A DNA stretch of 64,000 bases, from NCBI RefSeq assembly GCF_006345805.1, contig NW_021832829.1, forward strand, positions 558,001 to 622,000. Reading direction: 5' to 3'. Below are positions 1 through 12,878 of the stretch, one piece after another. How positions within the stretch are numbered: the stretch's first letter is position 1; each line of letters opens with the position of its first letter. Under the pieces are notes generated by a model that ran no database searches, was not told the DNA's origin, and saw only the letters and a list, made by a program, of their open reading frames with translations. This stretch comes from Octopus sinensis. Taxonomy: Eukaryota. Made by a program: the position numbers and the translations under genes.

Positions 1-140
1 GCCGGTGCGGAGGATTTTACTGTGATTATCATCGATTCAGTGACCGACATGATTGTACCTTTGATTACCGCGCAATGGCCTCGGAGGAAATCCGTAAAAA
101 CAACCCTGTTGTTAAGGGGGACAAATTTAAAAGATTGTGA
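1..140 (+). CDS. 3' end of AN1-type zinc finger protein (ZFAND5/6 family), truncated by window start
   Basis: Frame from nt 3 reads RCGGFYCDYHRFSDRHDCTFDYRAMASEEIRKNNPVVKGDKFKRL*, matching the zf-AN1 C-terminus (CRCG..FC..HRY...H.C..DYK......I.K.NP.V...KI). Stop TGA at 138-140. Confidence 0.9.
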   Translation, partial: RCGGFYCDYHRFSDRHDCTFDYRAMASEEIRKNNPVVKGDKFKRL

Positions 141-211
141 CTCTCATGAAACTTGTTTGTTTTATCTTATATTCTTTTATTGACCTTCTTTTTTATCGTT
201 TAGTTGTGCAA

Positions 212-900
212 ATGGATGTTTTATCTTTGTTTTGGTTAAGCTTAATCTTGATAAAATATGATTCATTCTTTAAATGTTAACTCTCTTAATGATTTTTTAA
301 TAAAAAATGTGTAATTGGAACTGTGGGTGAAGTGCACAGATGTTATGAAGTTCAACCTGGCTCATTTGAGATAAAAATTCTTATATAAATGAAGAATTAT
401 TTGACACGTTTTACCAACTTGAGTTAGACCAGATATTTTGAAGTGACGGTGGATATCTGGTCAATATTGAAGTTTCTTCATTGAGTCGATTATTTGTATT
501 GGGTTTAAATGATATTTGAATAGTTTTTAGAATTCAATATTTTTAAGCTTAAAATTTGATATTTCCTGATTATCTGGATAAAAAGATTATTGTTACAAAA
601 TTGTTCATAATCTTTGAATACCCTAAATATTATTTGGACAAAAATGTTTGAAGTTCAATTTGTAAATAAAACTAGAAGTAATCCAAAAAAGATGAGGTAT
701 TCGTTCTTAGTTCGATTCTGTTAGTTTTAGACGTTCTATACATGGAAATCAAAAAGCTACTTAAATAAATAAACAAAATAAATGTGGAAAGGATCGATGA
801 AACTTTCTATATCAAATTTTTGTTTAAAAGCTTTTGCTAGACAATCGTTCTATACAACTAAGTAACGAAGAATATTTTTAAAATCTGCTATTTCATTTTT
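212..900 (+). pseudogene. Degenerate orphan gene with signal-peptide-like start, related to 12879-13364
   Basis: MDVLSLFWLSLILIK..., then IGTVGEVHRCYEVQPGSFEIKI..INEELF and GLNDI*IVFRI, with stops and frameshifts. Motifs align by eye to the 12960 ORF. Confidence 0.4.
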
Positions 901-904
901 ATTG

Positions 905-1075
905 TAGTGTGGCTGGTTAAACGCTAGAAAACTGACATCCCATCCGGAGATTCATTTTATCTAAAGTCCGTATGTGATGAGATCTTCATGATGACGTTAC
1001 TCGTCAAACCCGATTGGAGCTTTCAGCGGAGGCAGCTGTTGGAGTTGAACCCGAGATCTGTCAGATGTCTTCAAT
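905..1075 (-). mobile_element. tRNA-derived SINE-like repeat, copy 1
   Basis: Minus-strand B-box GGTTCAACTCC. Body is similar to 26020-26225. Confidence 0.55.
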
Positions 1076-1291
1076 ACTTTAATTATCAATTAATTCTGTT
1101 TCAAAAAGTTTGGATTGTTTAGATACTACCATTTTGCGATACATTCCAGAAATGACCAAAAAAACCCCATAGAAGTTTTGTCAATAACTCAGAATTTCTA
1201 AAAAATAGACAAATAGATAAAAATTAAGTAATATTAAAATGAATTATTTTTAATTCAAATATTTAATTTTGTTGTGCTGTTTATTTTACGG

Positions 1292-3038
1292 ATGTCTTTG
1301 CGTGAAGCTGATCTGGATTCATTAAAGAATAACCAAATGCAATCAAAATTTGAAAATTTTTTAGAAGAGGTTAATTTTTTAATTAATATTAGAATGAGTT
1401 TACATTCAACTTCAACTATCAAACTCAAAAAGAATTTAATGTAAACTTTGAAAACTTATTTCAAGAACATCTTTGAATTCCTCACATGCTTGCTAAATTC
1501 ACCCGAAAGAACCCAACTCCACGGGATAATCACATCTGTGCTTACATGTCTCATCAGAGATCCAATGAGCTCCCATCCTTTAGAGAATACAACCTTAATA
1601 GACAGATTGATGTGTGAAAATGAATCAATCTCAAAAAGTACTACATACCTTATTTATTTAGTATCAAAACTGAAATGTCTGTATAATTCCTGCCTTCGAT
1701 CATCCAAGGTGATGAAATCTTTGATGTATAAATAAATATTATTTTTAATAGAGAAAATGTTGATTTTATTGACAAAATCATTAAAATTACAGTGGAATCC
1801 CAAAATGAAAAGGTTTTTGATATTTTTATGTGTATTTTCTGTCTTCTTTATTTATTGTGAGTTGTAGTGGATTGCTTTGAAGTTGCTGAGCTATTTGAGT
1901 TGCCTGTCGTCATTCCCGCTTAGTAAACTGGGGAATATTTTGCCAAATATTGTTGATTCCTGCAAAAAATCTTCGCAGAATTCAGAAGACGAGTTTATTG
2001 ACTCACTAAAACTTTTATATAACTCAACACTGTGCAATAATGTGGTACTTTTTAGTTTAAAGGCTAATTTATTAGTGTGAGTCAATCTTGTGTTCAGTTG
2101 TCGACTTTATTCGCACTATTTTGTCCACGCATAATGTTTCGGATGACGTAGTTCAATGTTGTGTCAATATATTGACAAATATGCCAATGGGGACTGTTAT
2201 ATCAGAACATCTGGTGGAAGACGCCTCTGACATGAGTAGTAATGTTTACTGTGGTAAGGATATGGTACCTTGTTGTGTCCTCATTGGCTTGTTGTCGACC
2301 AAACTAGATTCGGTTTACGTCAATGATTTGGTTTGTTATTTGTGTAATGTGACAGAAAGTTGCATTTTCTGAAGTATTTTTGCCAATTCTACAATGTGTT
2401 ACTATAGTCTGCAGATCTGGGCGTGGTTTGAGACAGTTCTGTCGAATGAAGGTGATTTGTACTCGAATAATGATAGATACTCCCTTATTTAAGGGACGAG
2501 GTGCTTGTCCTCCCCCAGACAGGCACTTCTCTAAGAAATAGGCTGTGTAAGCTAATGCAATGTCCTGATCCCCTCGTGGCACAAGCGTGTGCTCTCTTCA
2601 TGTTCGTGTTGTGCAACTACTCTGGTATTGAAAGCTGTATAATGTTTGTAGTTGATAGACTTGTCAAATATAGTGGATATGGCAATGCAGCAGGACTAGT
2701 TAGTTCTAGTCTTATTGAACATGTGAGTAAAGACAAGAATGAATCTGAATCAGCTTCCGATGTCTCCGAAACTGAGGAATATCGAGAACTTTCTGCGGAG
2801 TTTGTTTATTGTTGAACATTTAAGTGTCAACTCTGTCACCGGACGTTATGAGCCGTTCACTCCAAATGTCATGTGTGATGAAGAAAAGGAGTACCAGGCC
2901 GAACAACTTATAACATTGATGGACAAATTGGATCGTCTTGGGGTTATTAAACCAATGAGGATGGATGAAAATAATCAACCCCAACCAGTTGAGCATGTTC
3001 TACAGTTGTTGGAACATAAATCGGATATTAATAAATAA
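1292..3038 (+). CDS. RIC8: Synembryn / Ric-8 guanine nucleotide exchange factor, about 10 small introns
   Basis: Motifs GTSLRNRLCKLM, FMFVLC, KYSGYGNAAGL, SETEEY, VNSVTG, EEKEYQAEQLITLMDKLDRLGVIKPM. GT-AG introns at 1370-1392, 1441-1465, 1638-1661, 1726-1751, ~1813-1867, 2045-2075, 2331-2355, 2452-2476, 2625-2651 and 2800-2824 give a continuous frame to TAA. Confidence 0.9.
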
Positions 3039-3074
3039 TTGTAAATATTTTGAGCTTTTTAGATTAGTCTTGAT

Positions 3075-4278
3075 CAGGGGTGTCAAACATGCCGCCCTCT
3101 GCATGTATAGGTGCAGCCCCCGAGCCTTTAAAATATAAAATAATTTTAATTATTTTTTTAATTTTTTCAAACTGGTACCAATGCACGATACTACTAAAAG
3201 TAAAGATGTCTTTGTAAAACTACAACAAATTCTTTTTGACAATGGATTTGATTTAAGGAAGTTTGTATGTTTGTGCACCGATGGTCCTCCTAATATAACT
3301 GGACGACATGCTGGAGTTGCTGCTAAATTGCTAGTTGAAAAAGAAAGTTAAATTCTAACTCGTTATTTGCACATTTCATTGTATTATTCATCAGCAAAAT
3401 TCGTGTTCTAACATTTAAAAAATACTATTAATCTGTTCACAGAAACAATAAACTATATTAGACGTAATTCACTCAACCACCGCCAATTCAGCAAACTGTC
3501 TGTAGATATGGATAATCCGTTCACGACCTTCCTTTTTATTCTCTAGTAAGTTGGTTATCGATTCATAAAAATAGTAAATAACTTTATTTTTTGGAAATGA
3601 AAGGTCAAAACACAGAAGAGATGAAAAGTAAATCTTGGATCCAAGATTTGGCCTTTAGGTTGATATCACCACACAATTAAACGACCTTAATTTGGAATTG
3701 CAGGGCAAAAACAAGCTAATTATCAGATGATATCAAGTGTTTTATTTTGAAAATAAAATTATGCAAGTTTCGGCTACTTAAATGAAGATTTTGCTCATTT
3801 TTCTACTTTTAAAGAGGTCAAAAATAGTGCTGGCGCACATACTGTAATGAATTTTTTACAAGTATGAAAGAAAACTGGATTTGTTGTTAAAGGAATCTCA
3901 GAAAAGATTCAATTATTTTTTGTCTTTTGAACAGAAATTTTCATTATTCACAGCAGCATTTGCGTTCGATGCTTTTAATATAGATAAAAGTTTACAAATG
4001 GAATTGTTAGAGATCCAATCGGATTCTATACTAAAGGCTAAATATTTGAAGGCTGCAATACCTGCTTTCTTTACCATCTTCTTGAAAAGTTTAGAAACTT
4101 TATAAATTTTGCTGCCAAAATAATTGCTATGTTTAGTTCGACATATGTGTGAACAACTTTTTTCAATTATGAAATTAACAAAAATCGTTATAGAACACGA
4201 CTTACAGATGAAAATTCTTCGGCTTTAATTAAAGTCGGAACTACACTAATAATTGAGCCCGAGTTATCAAGATGTCAA
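3075..4278 (+). mobile_element. Degenerate hAT transposon (GTF2IRD2/Spin-like transposase), left end present
   Basis: Starts CAGGGGTGTCAAAC. Transposase remnants CTDGPPNITG, HCIIHQQ, LNDLNLELQGK, LQMELLEIQSD, MFSSTYV.EQLFS. No right TIR found. Confidence 0.8.
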
Positions 4279-4619
4279 TCATCCGGAAGTAGGTGTAAGC
4301 ACGATTAAAAGATAGTATTTATAAAAACAGGGAGAATGGTGGTTTTCCAGTGGAGATGGTCGGAAGGAGTGAATAACATGCATCCGGTAATTGTTCGGAG
4401 AGCACCATTTTGAATCCTTGGAGTTTTTGAATGTTGCTGGATGAAAGAGAGGAGCCCCAAGCGAAGCTAGCGTAGTTAAGGGAGGTCCTGACATATTTTT
4501 TTATAGATTATTCTTAGCGTTTCTTTGTCTTGACCGAAGGAGGATCCGGCCACTGCACGGAGGGCATTCCTCTTTTTTTTACTTTTTTGATTATGTGGTC
4601 AACATGAGAGGAGAAGGTA

Positions 4620-7398
4620 AGACATTGGTCGTTGGTCACTCTCAGGATTTTCGGAGTTTTTCAGATGGGGAGGCGTTCTCCAAAGATTTTCAACTCTGGA
4701 TGCTGGTCTAGTTGGCGACGGTCACTGGTGAACAACGTAACACTGGACTTGAAGGGAGAGGGTGAGAGGTGGTTGGTTACAAGCCAAGACTCCAATAAAT
4801 CCAGATGAGTTTGTAGGCGTGTGGAAGCAGTTGAAATCTTCTTGTCCCGAGCCGCCAAGATCAAAACATCAGCATAAGACAGGATCAAAGTGTCTTCCAG
4901 CTCAGGTAAACTGCTCAGGCGGAGGTTAAACAAGGCCGGGGAGAGGGCCGATCCTTGCGGGACTCCATTCGGTAAGTAACGCGCGTGTGACATCCTCGAC
5001 ATGAATAAAGTGCGACTCAGTCTTACCATTTTTGAATTGAGCCATTTTTGAATTATTGGAGGAATGCTCGTCGCTGTAATCTTGTCTGAAAGAATATGAC
5101 GGGAGGTCTTTTCGAAGGGTTTTGGGATGTCGATCGAAGCCAGAATTGTGCGAAGTGGTGGTTTGTTGTTGTTAAAATCATCCACAATGAAGTCCGTTAG
5201 TTTTGTTAGGTGCCTAGAAGTAGAGTGGGATGGGCGGAAACCATGTTGGGATCTAGACAGGTTGATGTGTGCGGATATATGTGATTCAAAATGAATCTCT
5301 CCAAAACTTTCGAAGCGGCACAAAGCAAAGAGATGGGCCGGAAAGAACCTGGGTCCCGAGGATCCTTGTTCGGCTTGAGTGTTGGGATTATAGTTGATTG
5401 TTTCCATAACATGGAGACATATCCAACGTTCAATGAAGTTTGAAAGATGTCCGTGATGGCTCGAAGTTCATTCGCCCCAAGGTTTTTTAGATGATGAATG
5501 CATATTCAGTCTGGGCATTTTGCCGGCAAATTCTTAGCATTCAAGATTAGAGCACGTATGTCCATCCAGTCTATCTTGATCGGAGAGAAGTTTGGTGACG
5601 GAGGGGGATTCAATATATGTACACGATTTGATCTGTCCATGTTGATCTGACAGATAGAGCTGTAGTGGGACATAATGTCATCCGCTTGTTCTCGAAATGA
5701 CTTCGAGCGGAGGCGTTTATTTATCCCAGAGTGGAAGTGTGTAAGGTCTGTCCGGAAGAAATAGATTTCAATGCGTTCCAAAATTTATTTGGCTCGGTAC
5801 GATGATCCAGTCTAGATACAAACTCATTCCACCTGGCTCTTTTGTTTTGTAGAATGTGGTCAGTGATTATCCCGTTAATACTTGATAATCTGGAGCCCGA
5901 GTTGGAGTCCCGGACGCCATTCCTCTTTATTGCCAGTCTCTCTTTTATGAGGTCAATGATCTCCTTTGTGAAAAGTGGTTTAGCCACGCAGATGAATCCT
6001 TTGGGAATGTATTTTCTGTCTGCAGAGATTATGCAATTGTTGAAGTGTTTTGTTGCGTCATCGATCGATTTAAAATTTAGGACTGAGAAGTTTGAGAGAT
6101 ACTGATCTGTTTCTTGTTGGAATTTCGACCCCAGTCCGCGTTTGTAGTTGACAAATGTCTTTTTCGTAATAAGACTTTGGAAGTATTTTTTGATCTCCAA
6201 AAGTACGGGGTTGTGGTCAGAAGGAAGGTCGTAAGCAACCGACCAGAATGTCCGAGAGGCAATGCTGGGAAGCAAAAACTGATGTCAGGAAAGGAATTGG
6301 CATCTCTAGTTCGCAAGGGAGTACGTGTGTATTGGGGTGAGTCGTTTAGGGCAACAAGGTGGTCGAGCCCGCGGAGACATACTCCCCCCGTTGATTCAGT
6401 TTCCCTTCACAAAACCATAATGGGTTTTTGCATTGAAGTCTCCACACAGAATTGTGTTCTTCAATGGTAAAAACCAGGAGAGGTCTGGAATGTAGCCCTT
6501 CGAACCACTTGTAGGAGGAGGAATATACAGGTTGACGAGTGTGTAGGCAACGCTATTGATTGTTATTAGTACTGTGACGAACTCCAAGTGGGCGTCGGGG
6601 GGAAATGTGGAACGTATGGAATTGGTAGTGTTAGTGAAAGGAATGTTGTCACGGATGATGGTGATGAGATCTCCTCCATTCAGTCCGTTAGGGCGGTCCA
6701 TTCCACCCAATACCATGGCCTGGTCGCCAATGACCTCAATGGTACTTTCTGTTAAAAAATTTACACTCGTCGATTTCCACTATCGACTCTTCTAAAAATT
6801 AAAATATAGTTCGTACGAGATGAGATTTCCTGGTAATTTAATTAATGCCCATATATACGTAAGCATCAAAATTTTCGCTAACGGTAAATGACTTCCTAAA
6901 ATAAGTTTAAGGATCACTTACTGCAAACCAGCTGTTCGTTCTTATACTTCGAGAAGTATTGCATGGAATACATAACCAAATTGCGTTATCCACGTTTCTT
7001 CTTGACTTAGATAAACGACAGCGTCTCTATTTGTGAGAATATAGGTCTTACTTTACAGTGAACGCATTTCATTGTGTTAGAGATCAACCGCCTCTCTGCG
7101 CACCAAATTGCACACTCTTCTATATTATCGCCGAAGAGCCTGTTGGAGATTACCAGAATTCTATTATCTCATCTTGTTTACAGGAGATCTCATTTATGTT
7201 TATTTGTAGAATGGTGAGGCAGTTCGAAGCTCCCGGATTGGGTTCAATATCGCCGGAGAGGGCAAGTGACTCATGGAAGAGACTGAGCGCCACTTCGAGG
7301 ACAGCCTGAAGATCCAAGGGATCCAATGGGGAGACTATAAAGGGTCTTTTAGTCGCAGTGAGAAACACAGCGTCTAACTTTCGCCACGTGAAGGTGAC
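4620..7398 (-). mobile_element. APE-type non-LTR retrotransposon (Ingi/I-group-like), frameshifted, interrupted at ~6750-7150
   Basis: In order on minus strand: ribozyme-like 5' end, 2A-like SGDIEPNPG, APE motifs (LTILQININ, NLYIPP, ILCGDFNAK, SDHNPV), RT motifs (FRPISLLC, QHGFRPSHST, GVPQGSALSP, YADV). Confidence 0.85.
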
Positions 7399-7453
7399 AT
7401 ACTGGTTTGTAAAATGTCAAAGCTTTTGTTTTTAATATAAATGTCTGTTCAAC

Positions 7454-8297
7454 CAGGTGTTCTCAACCGGGGGCGATATTAATATTTCTTCTATAGTGTT
7501 TATCCTTAAATTTTATATTCAAAATACCACGCTGTTTTTACATTCTTGTTTGATATCTAAGATGTCTTCTCGTGCAAATAAGAAAAGTCGTCATTATAAA
7601 AGCGAATATTTAAAATATGGGTTTATTCAAAGTACTGAGGATACAAAACAGCCTTATTGTCTAATTTGCAAAAGATAATTGCATTGAAATATAATGAAGA
7701 ATATATTATAGAGTCAGGGAACGTAAGCTTGGCGCTCGTCCCGTAGCCACTACCAACCAAACCGTTGACAGGTTGGTTGGCAAGGGGGAAAAATTGGTTC
7801 TGTTTGTTGCTGATGTGAAATCAGCATCCAATCGTCTCCACGAGAAGGTGAACCACATGACGATCAAAAAAACAACCAATTAATTGATAAATATTTTCTT
7901 TAAACGAATAAAATTATTAGAGAAGTTAACTAAATTAGATGAGTCGCCGAGCGGATGGACAGGCAATTTCCACGTAATATCGCGAACGATATCCGCTGAA
8001 AAAGCCAGTTCTTTTAACGCCTGTCGTGACTCCTCCTCTAGATGATTAAACCAATCTCTGAGAGGAGTTTGAGGGCTTTGGGTCCAATTATCCCACTGAT
8101 CTCGAAAGCCGGAGGAATGAAGCAGCATGTATCGGTCAAAGAGCCATATTTTGCAGTTTTCCTAGATTCGGCATGGGCAGATCCAGGACGAGAAGCGGAG
8201 TCAGGGATAATGCACAAAAATTTTTAAATTGGATGTGGACAAAAGGGCAATAAAATTTCAAAGGGGGCGATGAACAACAAAAGGTTGAGAATGCCTG
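7454..8297 (+). mobile_element. Internally deleted hAT (Buster/ZBED-like) element containing a nested CRE 3' fragment at ~7925-8210 (minus)
   Basis: TIRs CAGGTGTTCTCAACC / GGTTGAGAATGCCTG. 8-bp TSD TGTTCAAC at 7446-7453 and 8298-8305. N-terminal peptide RHYKSEYLKYGFI...PYCLICK. Confidence 0.9.
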
Positions 8298-8389
8298 TGT
8301 TCAACGACTTTTTATAATAAATTAGTTTGTGGTCAATTTTTACGCAAGAAATAGAATATTAAGATAATCAATCTATATTTATTTAATGC

Positions 8390-11180
8390 TCGAAGTTATG
8401 CTTTGTGTACTATGAACTTTGGCAGTCGAAAACGCTGGATTTACTGTGCAACTTGTTCAAATCCTTCCCACATGTCTAGTGTCAAAATGACCAAGAGAGC
8501 AATGTCTGGTATTTCCTCCTGGAACTGTTTTTCATGCCTGGACATAAACCGAAGCAATCCAGTATGCCGTCAGACCTTATTTCCATGCTGAAGCTCATAT
8601 CGGAAAGGCGCAGATCTTGCAACATCCCTGTGAAGATCCCCAAGGCAGCACGAGCCGCTGCGGCTGATGCTTTTTCAACATGTCATGACGCTGTGATCTT
8701 GTCTAAGGACGAACAGGACTGGATCCGTCCTCTGAGGTTTGCTCCCTGGGCTCTCGGTGCCCCTCTGAAATTTGATTGGGATATGACATCTTTAGCCACT
8801 CGAATGAAGAAAAACATCAACTTTTTCATGGCTCGGGAATACTGCCCCAATTACCAAAATCATAAAAACAGACTCAAAGCCCCCAGTATGAACGTCCAGA
8901 GGCTCAACAAATCCGCTTACGCAAAATAATCCACTCAAAACTTAGCGAGGGCGGAGTTCGGGCAGCCCTCAGAGTTATTCCGTCTGAAAATGGACAACTC
9001 AACCCGTCCCGGCCAGTCTTCGAGGCTTTACTCGAAAAACATTCATTTTTTCGGAGGAAATGTTTCTATCGGAATCCACTCTTTCCCTCCGTGCAGCAGC
9101 GGAGGGGTTGATGGACTCCGCCCTGGACATCTGAAGGACCTAATTTCCCACACCGTGGGTGATCTCGGTACACGTCTGCTCAAATCAATTACTTGTCTGA
9201 TAAATCAACTACTCTAAGGAAATCTGCCGGATGCTATTCGTCACATACTCTTCTCAGCCAATCTCATCTCTTTTGGCAAAAATTCGTTTAAATCCGTTCA
9301 ATTACGGTCGGCTTTTTGTTCCGTTGGCTTGCAGCCATGATCCCTTGCAAGAAAATTATCCGCTCAATCGCTGCAAAACTCATCCTAGTCCAACTCGGGG
9401 TCGACCTCCCTGGAGAATGCGAATCTGGAGTTCATGCTATCCGCACATTCTCAGATGCATGCAAGAAATCCCCACGTTGAAACATTGATCAAACTAGACA
9501 TCAGAAATGCATTTGACAGTATCCAACGGGACTGAGTGTCGGAGGCTTGCTCTGATTGTCCTTCATTATTTGACCTAACTTTCCAATCATACGGCCAACC
9601 ACGTCCCTTATTTTCAGATACGATATTATCGCATCTGCTACGGGAGTTCAACAGGGAGACCCTTTGGGGTCTCTCCTTTTCTGTCTTGGAATTTCTGAGG
9701 TGACCAAACTTGTATTTTCCTCACTTAATCTCTGGTACTTCTATGACACCACTCTCGGAGGTCTTCCGGACACCGTTCTGCAGGACATAATAAAAATTGT
9801 TCCGCCCCTGGAGAAAGTTGGCCTCAGTTTAAACTTCTCTAAATGCGAAATTTCTAATTTCGGGTGTTCGCAATCTACCTTCGAAGACGCGCCTGCTCTT
9901 TTCCTAATCTCATCCCGGGAGTGCAATCTGTATACTTCCATTAACCATTTTTCTATCATCGGAGTCCCGATTGATGTGGCCCTACGCAATAAGAAATTCT
10001 TTCTCGAAGCTGTTTTCGAACATTGCACTCACACTCAGCATTATTCCTTCTACGAGATTGGTTTTCAATCCAAAACCTCACTTATCTGCTATACTCTTCT
10101 CCGTGCTTTGCTTTATCAAAGAGGCTTTCTGCCATTGACCACCTTATCCGTAATTGCACTCAAAACATATGCAATTCCCCCTTCGACAATAGGAATTGGA
10201 TATAGGCAACCCTCTCGGTAATCTTTGGCGGTCTCAGCATTAGCTAATGTTCCGATTTATCTTTCCCTGCTTTTCCTTCGTCTCTCTCCTCGAGCAACAC
10301 ATTTGTCATGGAAATTCTACTCTCCTTTTCTGAATTTTGGCTCAATTCAGCAAAACCTGGAGGGAACAAGATCTTGACCTACCGGAGGATCAAATGTCTC
10401 AACGACCCTGGGATCTAATAGGATGCAAGCAAACTTTCAATCTGCTATTCGAATCGTCTAACCAACATCGCCGCGCTTGCCTACTTTCGGCTATATCCCC
10501 AGCTAGTGGAGCTTGGCTTTGCTCATTTTCGAACGCCTCATCTGGCACCCTTCTCAATGACGAATGGGTAAGGATTGGAATCTTACTGCGCCTTGGGCTA
10601 AGGCAATGTGTCCCGCATGTGTGTCGTTGTGGCTGCTCTGTTAACTTTTTCGGTCTGCATCGTTTATCGTGCAGGAGAAGTGCCGAACGATTTCCGAGGC
10701 ACTCGGCTATGAATGATGTCATACGGAGGGCTCTTGACTCGGCGGGATTTCCTTCGGTCCTCGAACCACCGGGGCTTGACCGCAGTGACGGGAGACGCCA
10801 TAACGGAATGACCCTTTTCGCCTTTGAAGGTGGAAAAGCACTCGTATGGGATGCGACCTGCTGAGAGACGTTTTCTGCCTCACACCTAGCTTCATGCGCT
10901 CCTGAGACTATATCCGCAGCAAGGCCGAAGACACAAAATACTCCGGCCTTTCGAATAAGTTTTTCGTGCTGCCGATTGCGGTGGAGACGTCGGATGCTCT
11001 CGGTTCGAAGACGGAAAACTTCCTCCGCAAGCTCGAGGCCAAAATCTCTACGCGCACTCAAGATCCTCAGGAGGTGGACTGGCCTTTCCAACGGTTCTCG
11101 ATCGCCGTTCTCAGGGGAACAGTTTGGCGATCCGTCAGGCCGCTGACCCTCGCTTCGGCTAAAAGAATAATTAATTAACA
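8390..11180 (+). mobile_element. CRE-like non-LTR retrotransposon (PHD-like finger, RT, REL endonuclease), degenerate
   Basis: GGVDGLRPGHLKDL, KLDIRNAFDS, GVQQGDPLGSLLF, LWYFYD, CRCG...HRLSC...RHSAMNDVI, LEPPGLDRSDGRR.NG, WDATC, QRFSIAVLRG. Many frameshifts. Confidence 0.85.
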
Positions 11181-11580
11181 TTGTGATTTAATAAACGGTT
11201 TTATGTTAGTATATTTTAATGTTAATTTTTGACTAATAAATTTCTAATTGATTTGCCATTTTATATTGAGTTAACTTGCAAAAATTAAAGAAATTTTAAT
11301 TTCAACGCACATATAGAGGCATATAGATTTTTAATAAATGTGTCTTTTTTATCATTAATCGATCACCGATAAATAATGAGTAATCAATTAATATTGAGAA
11401 TGCAAAAAAGTTTGATAACTGTTTGAGCGAAAATAATAATTTTTTTTGAAATAATGTAGTAATAATTATTTATTTGATAATTATTTTTGATAATTTTTTA
11501 AACAATTACCGAAACTTTTAATACAATTTGTTACGTGTACAGAAATTATTTAATTTTAATTTTTAATATTAGGTCAGTTT

Positions 11581-12585
11581 ATGAGTCGAGACATTAAAAC
11601 AAAAAAAGTTGGATATTTTTATTTTGGAGGACTTGCAAGCATGGGTGCAGTCCTTTTCACACACCCCCTTGATTTGATCAAAGTTGTTTTGTTGTTTTGA
11701 TTTGACTGGTTCATCTCCAAACACAAAAATCTGGAAATGGAATGATAAAATTATTTGGAAATGTAATACGTGAAAACAATGTATCGGGCCTCTACAACGG
11801 GCTATCCGCCTCACTATTTAGACAGGGAACATATTCACTCACCCGATTCGCTATTTATGAAACATTTAAAGAAAAAATTTCTCAAAAAACCAATAAACCA
11901 CTCCTATTTTATCAAAAAGTATGCTTGGCCGGGTTTTCTGGGTTTGTCGGCGGAATTGTTGGCAATCCCGGAGATATGGTCAACGTCCGAATGCAGAATG
12001 ACATGCGACTTCCTGTCAAAGACCGTCGAAAGTATTTTATTACTGTAGATCCCTAGCTACAAACATGTTTTTGATGGACTAGTTCGAGTATTAAGAGAAG
12101 AAGGAACTTTTAAGGTATTTAATGGAGTAACCATGACTTCAACCCGCGGTTTATTTATTACAATTGGCCAAATCTCAATTTATGAACAAGTGAAGGAAAT
12201 GCTTCTCAAAACAAAATATTTTAACGACAATACTCTCCTTCATTTTATTAGCAGTTTCGTGGCGGTAGTTCATTTGGATTATTGTAGGGAGCAGTGGCAA
12301 CGGTAATCTGCCAACCTATCGATGTAATGAAGACTCGAATGATGAACTCTAATTACTCAGTATTGCAGATTTATTAATGTTTAAGTCTCTATTTGAATGT
12401 TTTAAGGACGTGGGCCGTGATGGGGTTAGTGGATTCTTTAAGGTTAAGTATCCTTTCACGTGACGTAAATACAGGGGTTTACTCCGGCATTCGTCAGACT
12501 CGGCCCTCAGACAATCATGACTTTCTTAATTTACGAACAACTTGTTAGTAAATTTGGTAAAACTGTTGTGGAATGTTCTCCTTAA
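11581..12585 (+). CDS. SLC25A10: Mitochondrial dicarboxylate carrier (SLC25 family), 5 small introns
   Basis: YFGGLASMGAVLFTHPLDLIK|VHLQTQ, GLSASLFRQGTYSLTRFAIYE, GNPGDMVNVRMQND, QPIDVMKTRMMN, GFTPAFVRLGPQTI. Introns 11683-11708 (GT..TG), 12032-12056, 12265-12287, 12360-12385, 12443-12474. Confidence 0.93.
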
Positions 12586-12878
12586 AAATATTTAATGTAT
12601 TCTTTTTAATAAATATTTTTTAATATTTTTGCTATTAAATTTACTTTATAATTGGTTGCCTAGCCATTGATAAGGACAACTAAAGTTCTAGAAGACTACT
12701 AGTGAGCAAATATTCCGTAGATTTACTGGAAGATACTTTGGTTTAACGAAGGGTCTTTGGGGTTAATATAATTTTGTCTAAAATCCTTAAATTAGAAATA
12801 GTTTGTTCCTGAAATAAATTTCCAAATTAGTGTTCAATGAATTACCTAAAATCACACTATTTTTAAATTTGACGTAAA

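Noticed and set aside
10399-11181. 260-aa minus-strand ORF
   Set aside because: Antisense shadow of the GC-rich CRE endonuclease region; no recognisable motifs.
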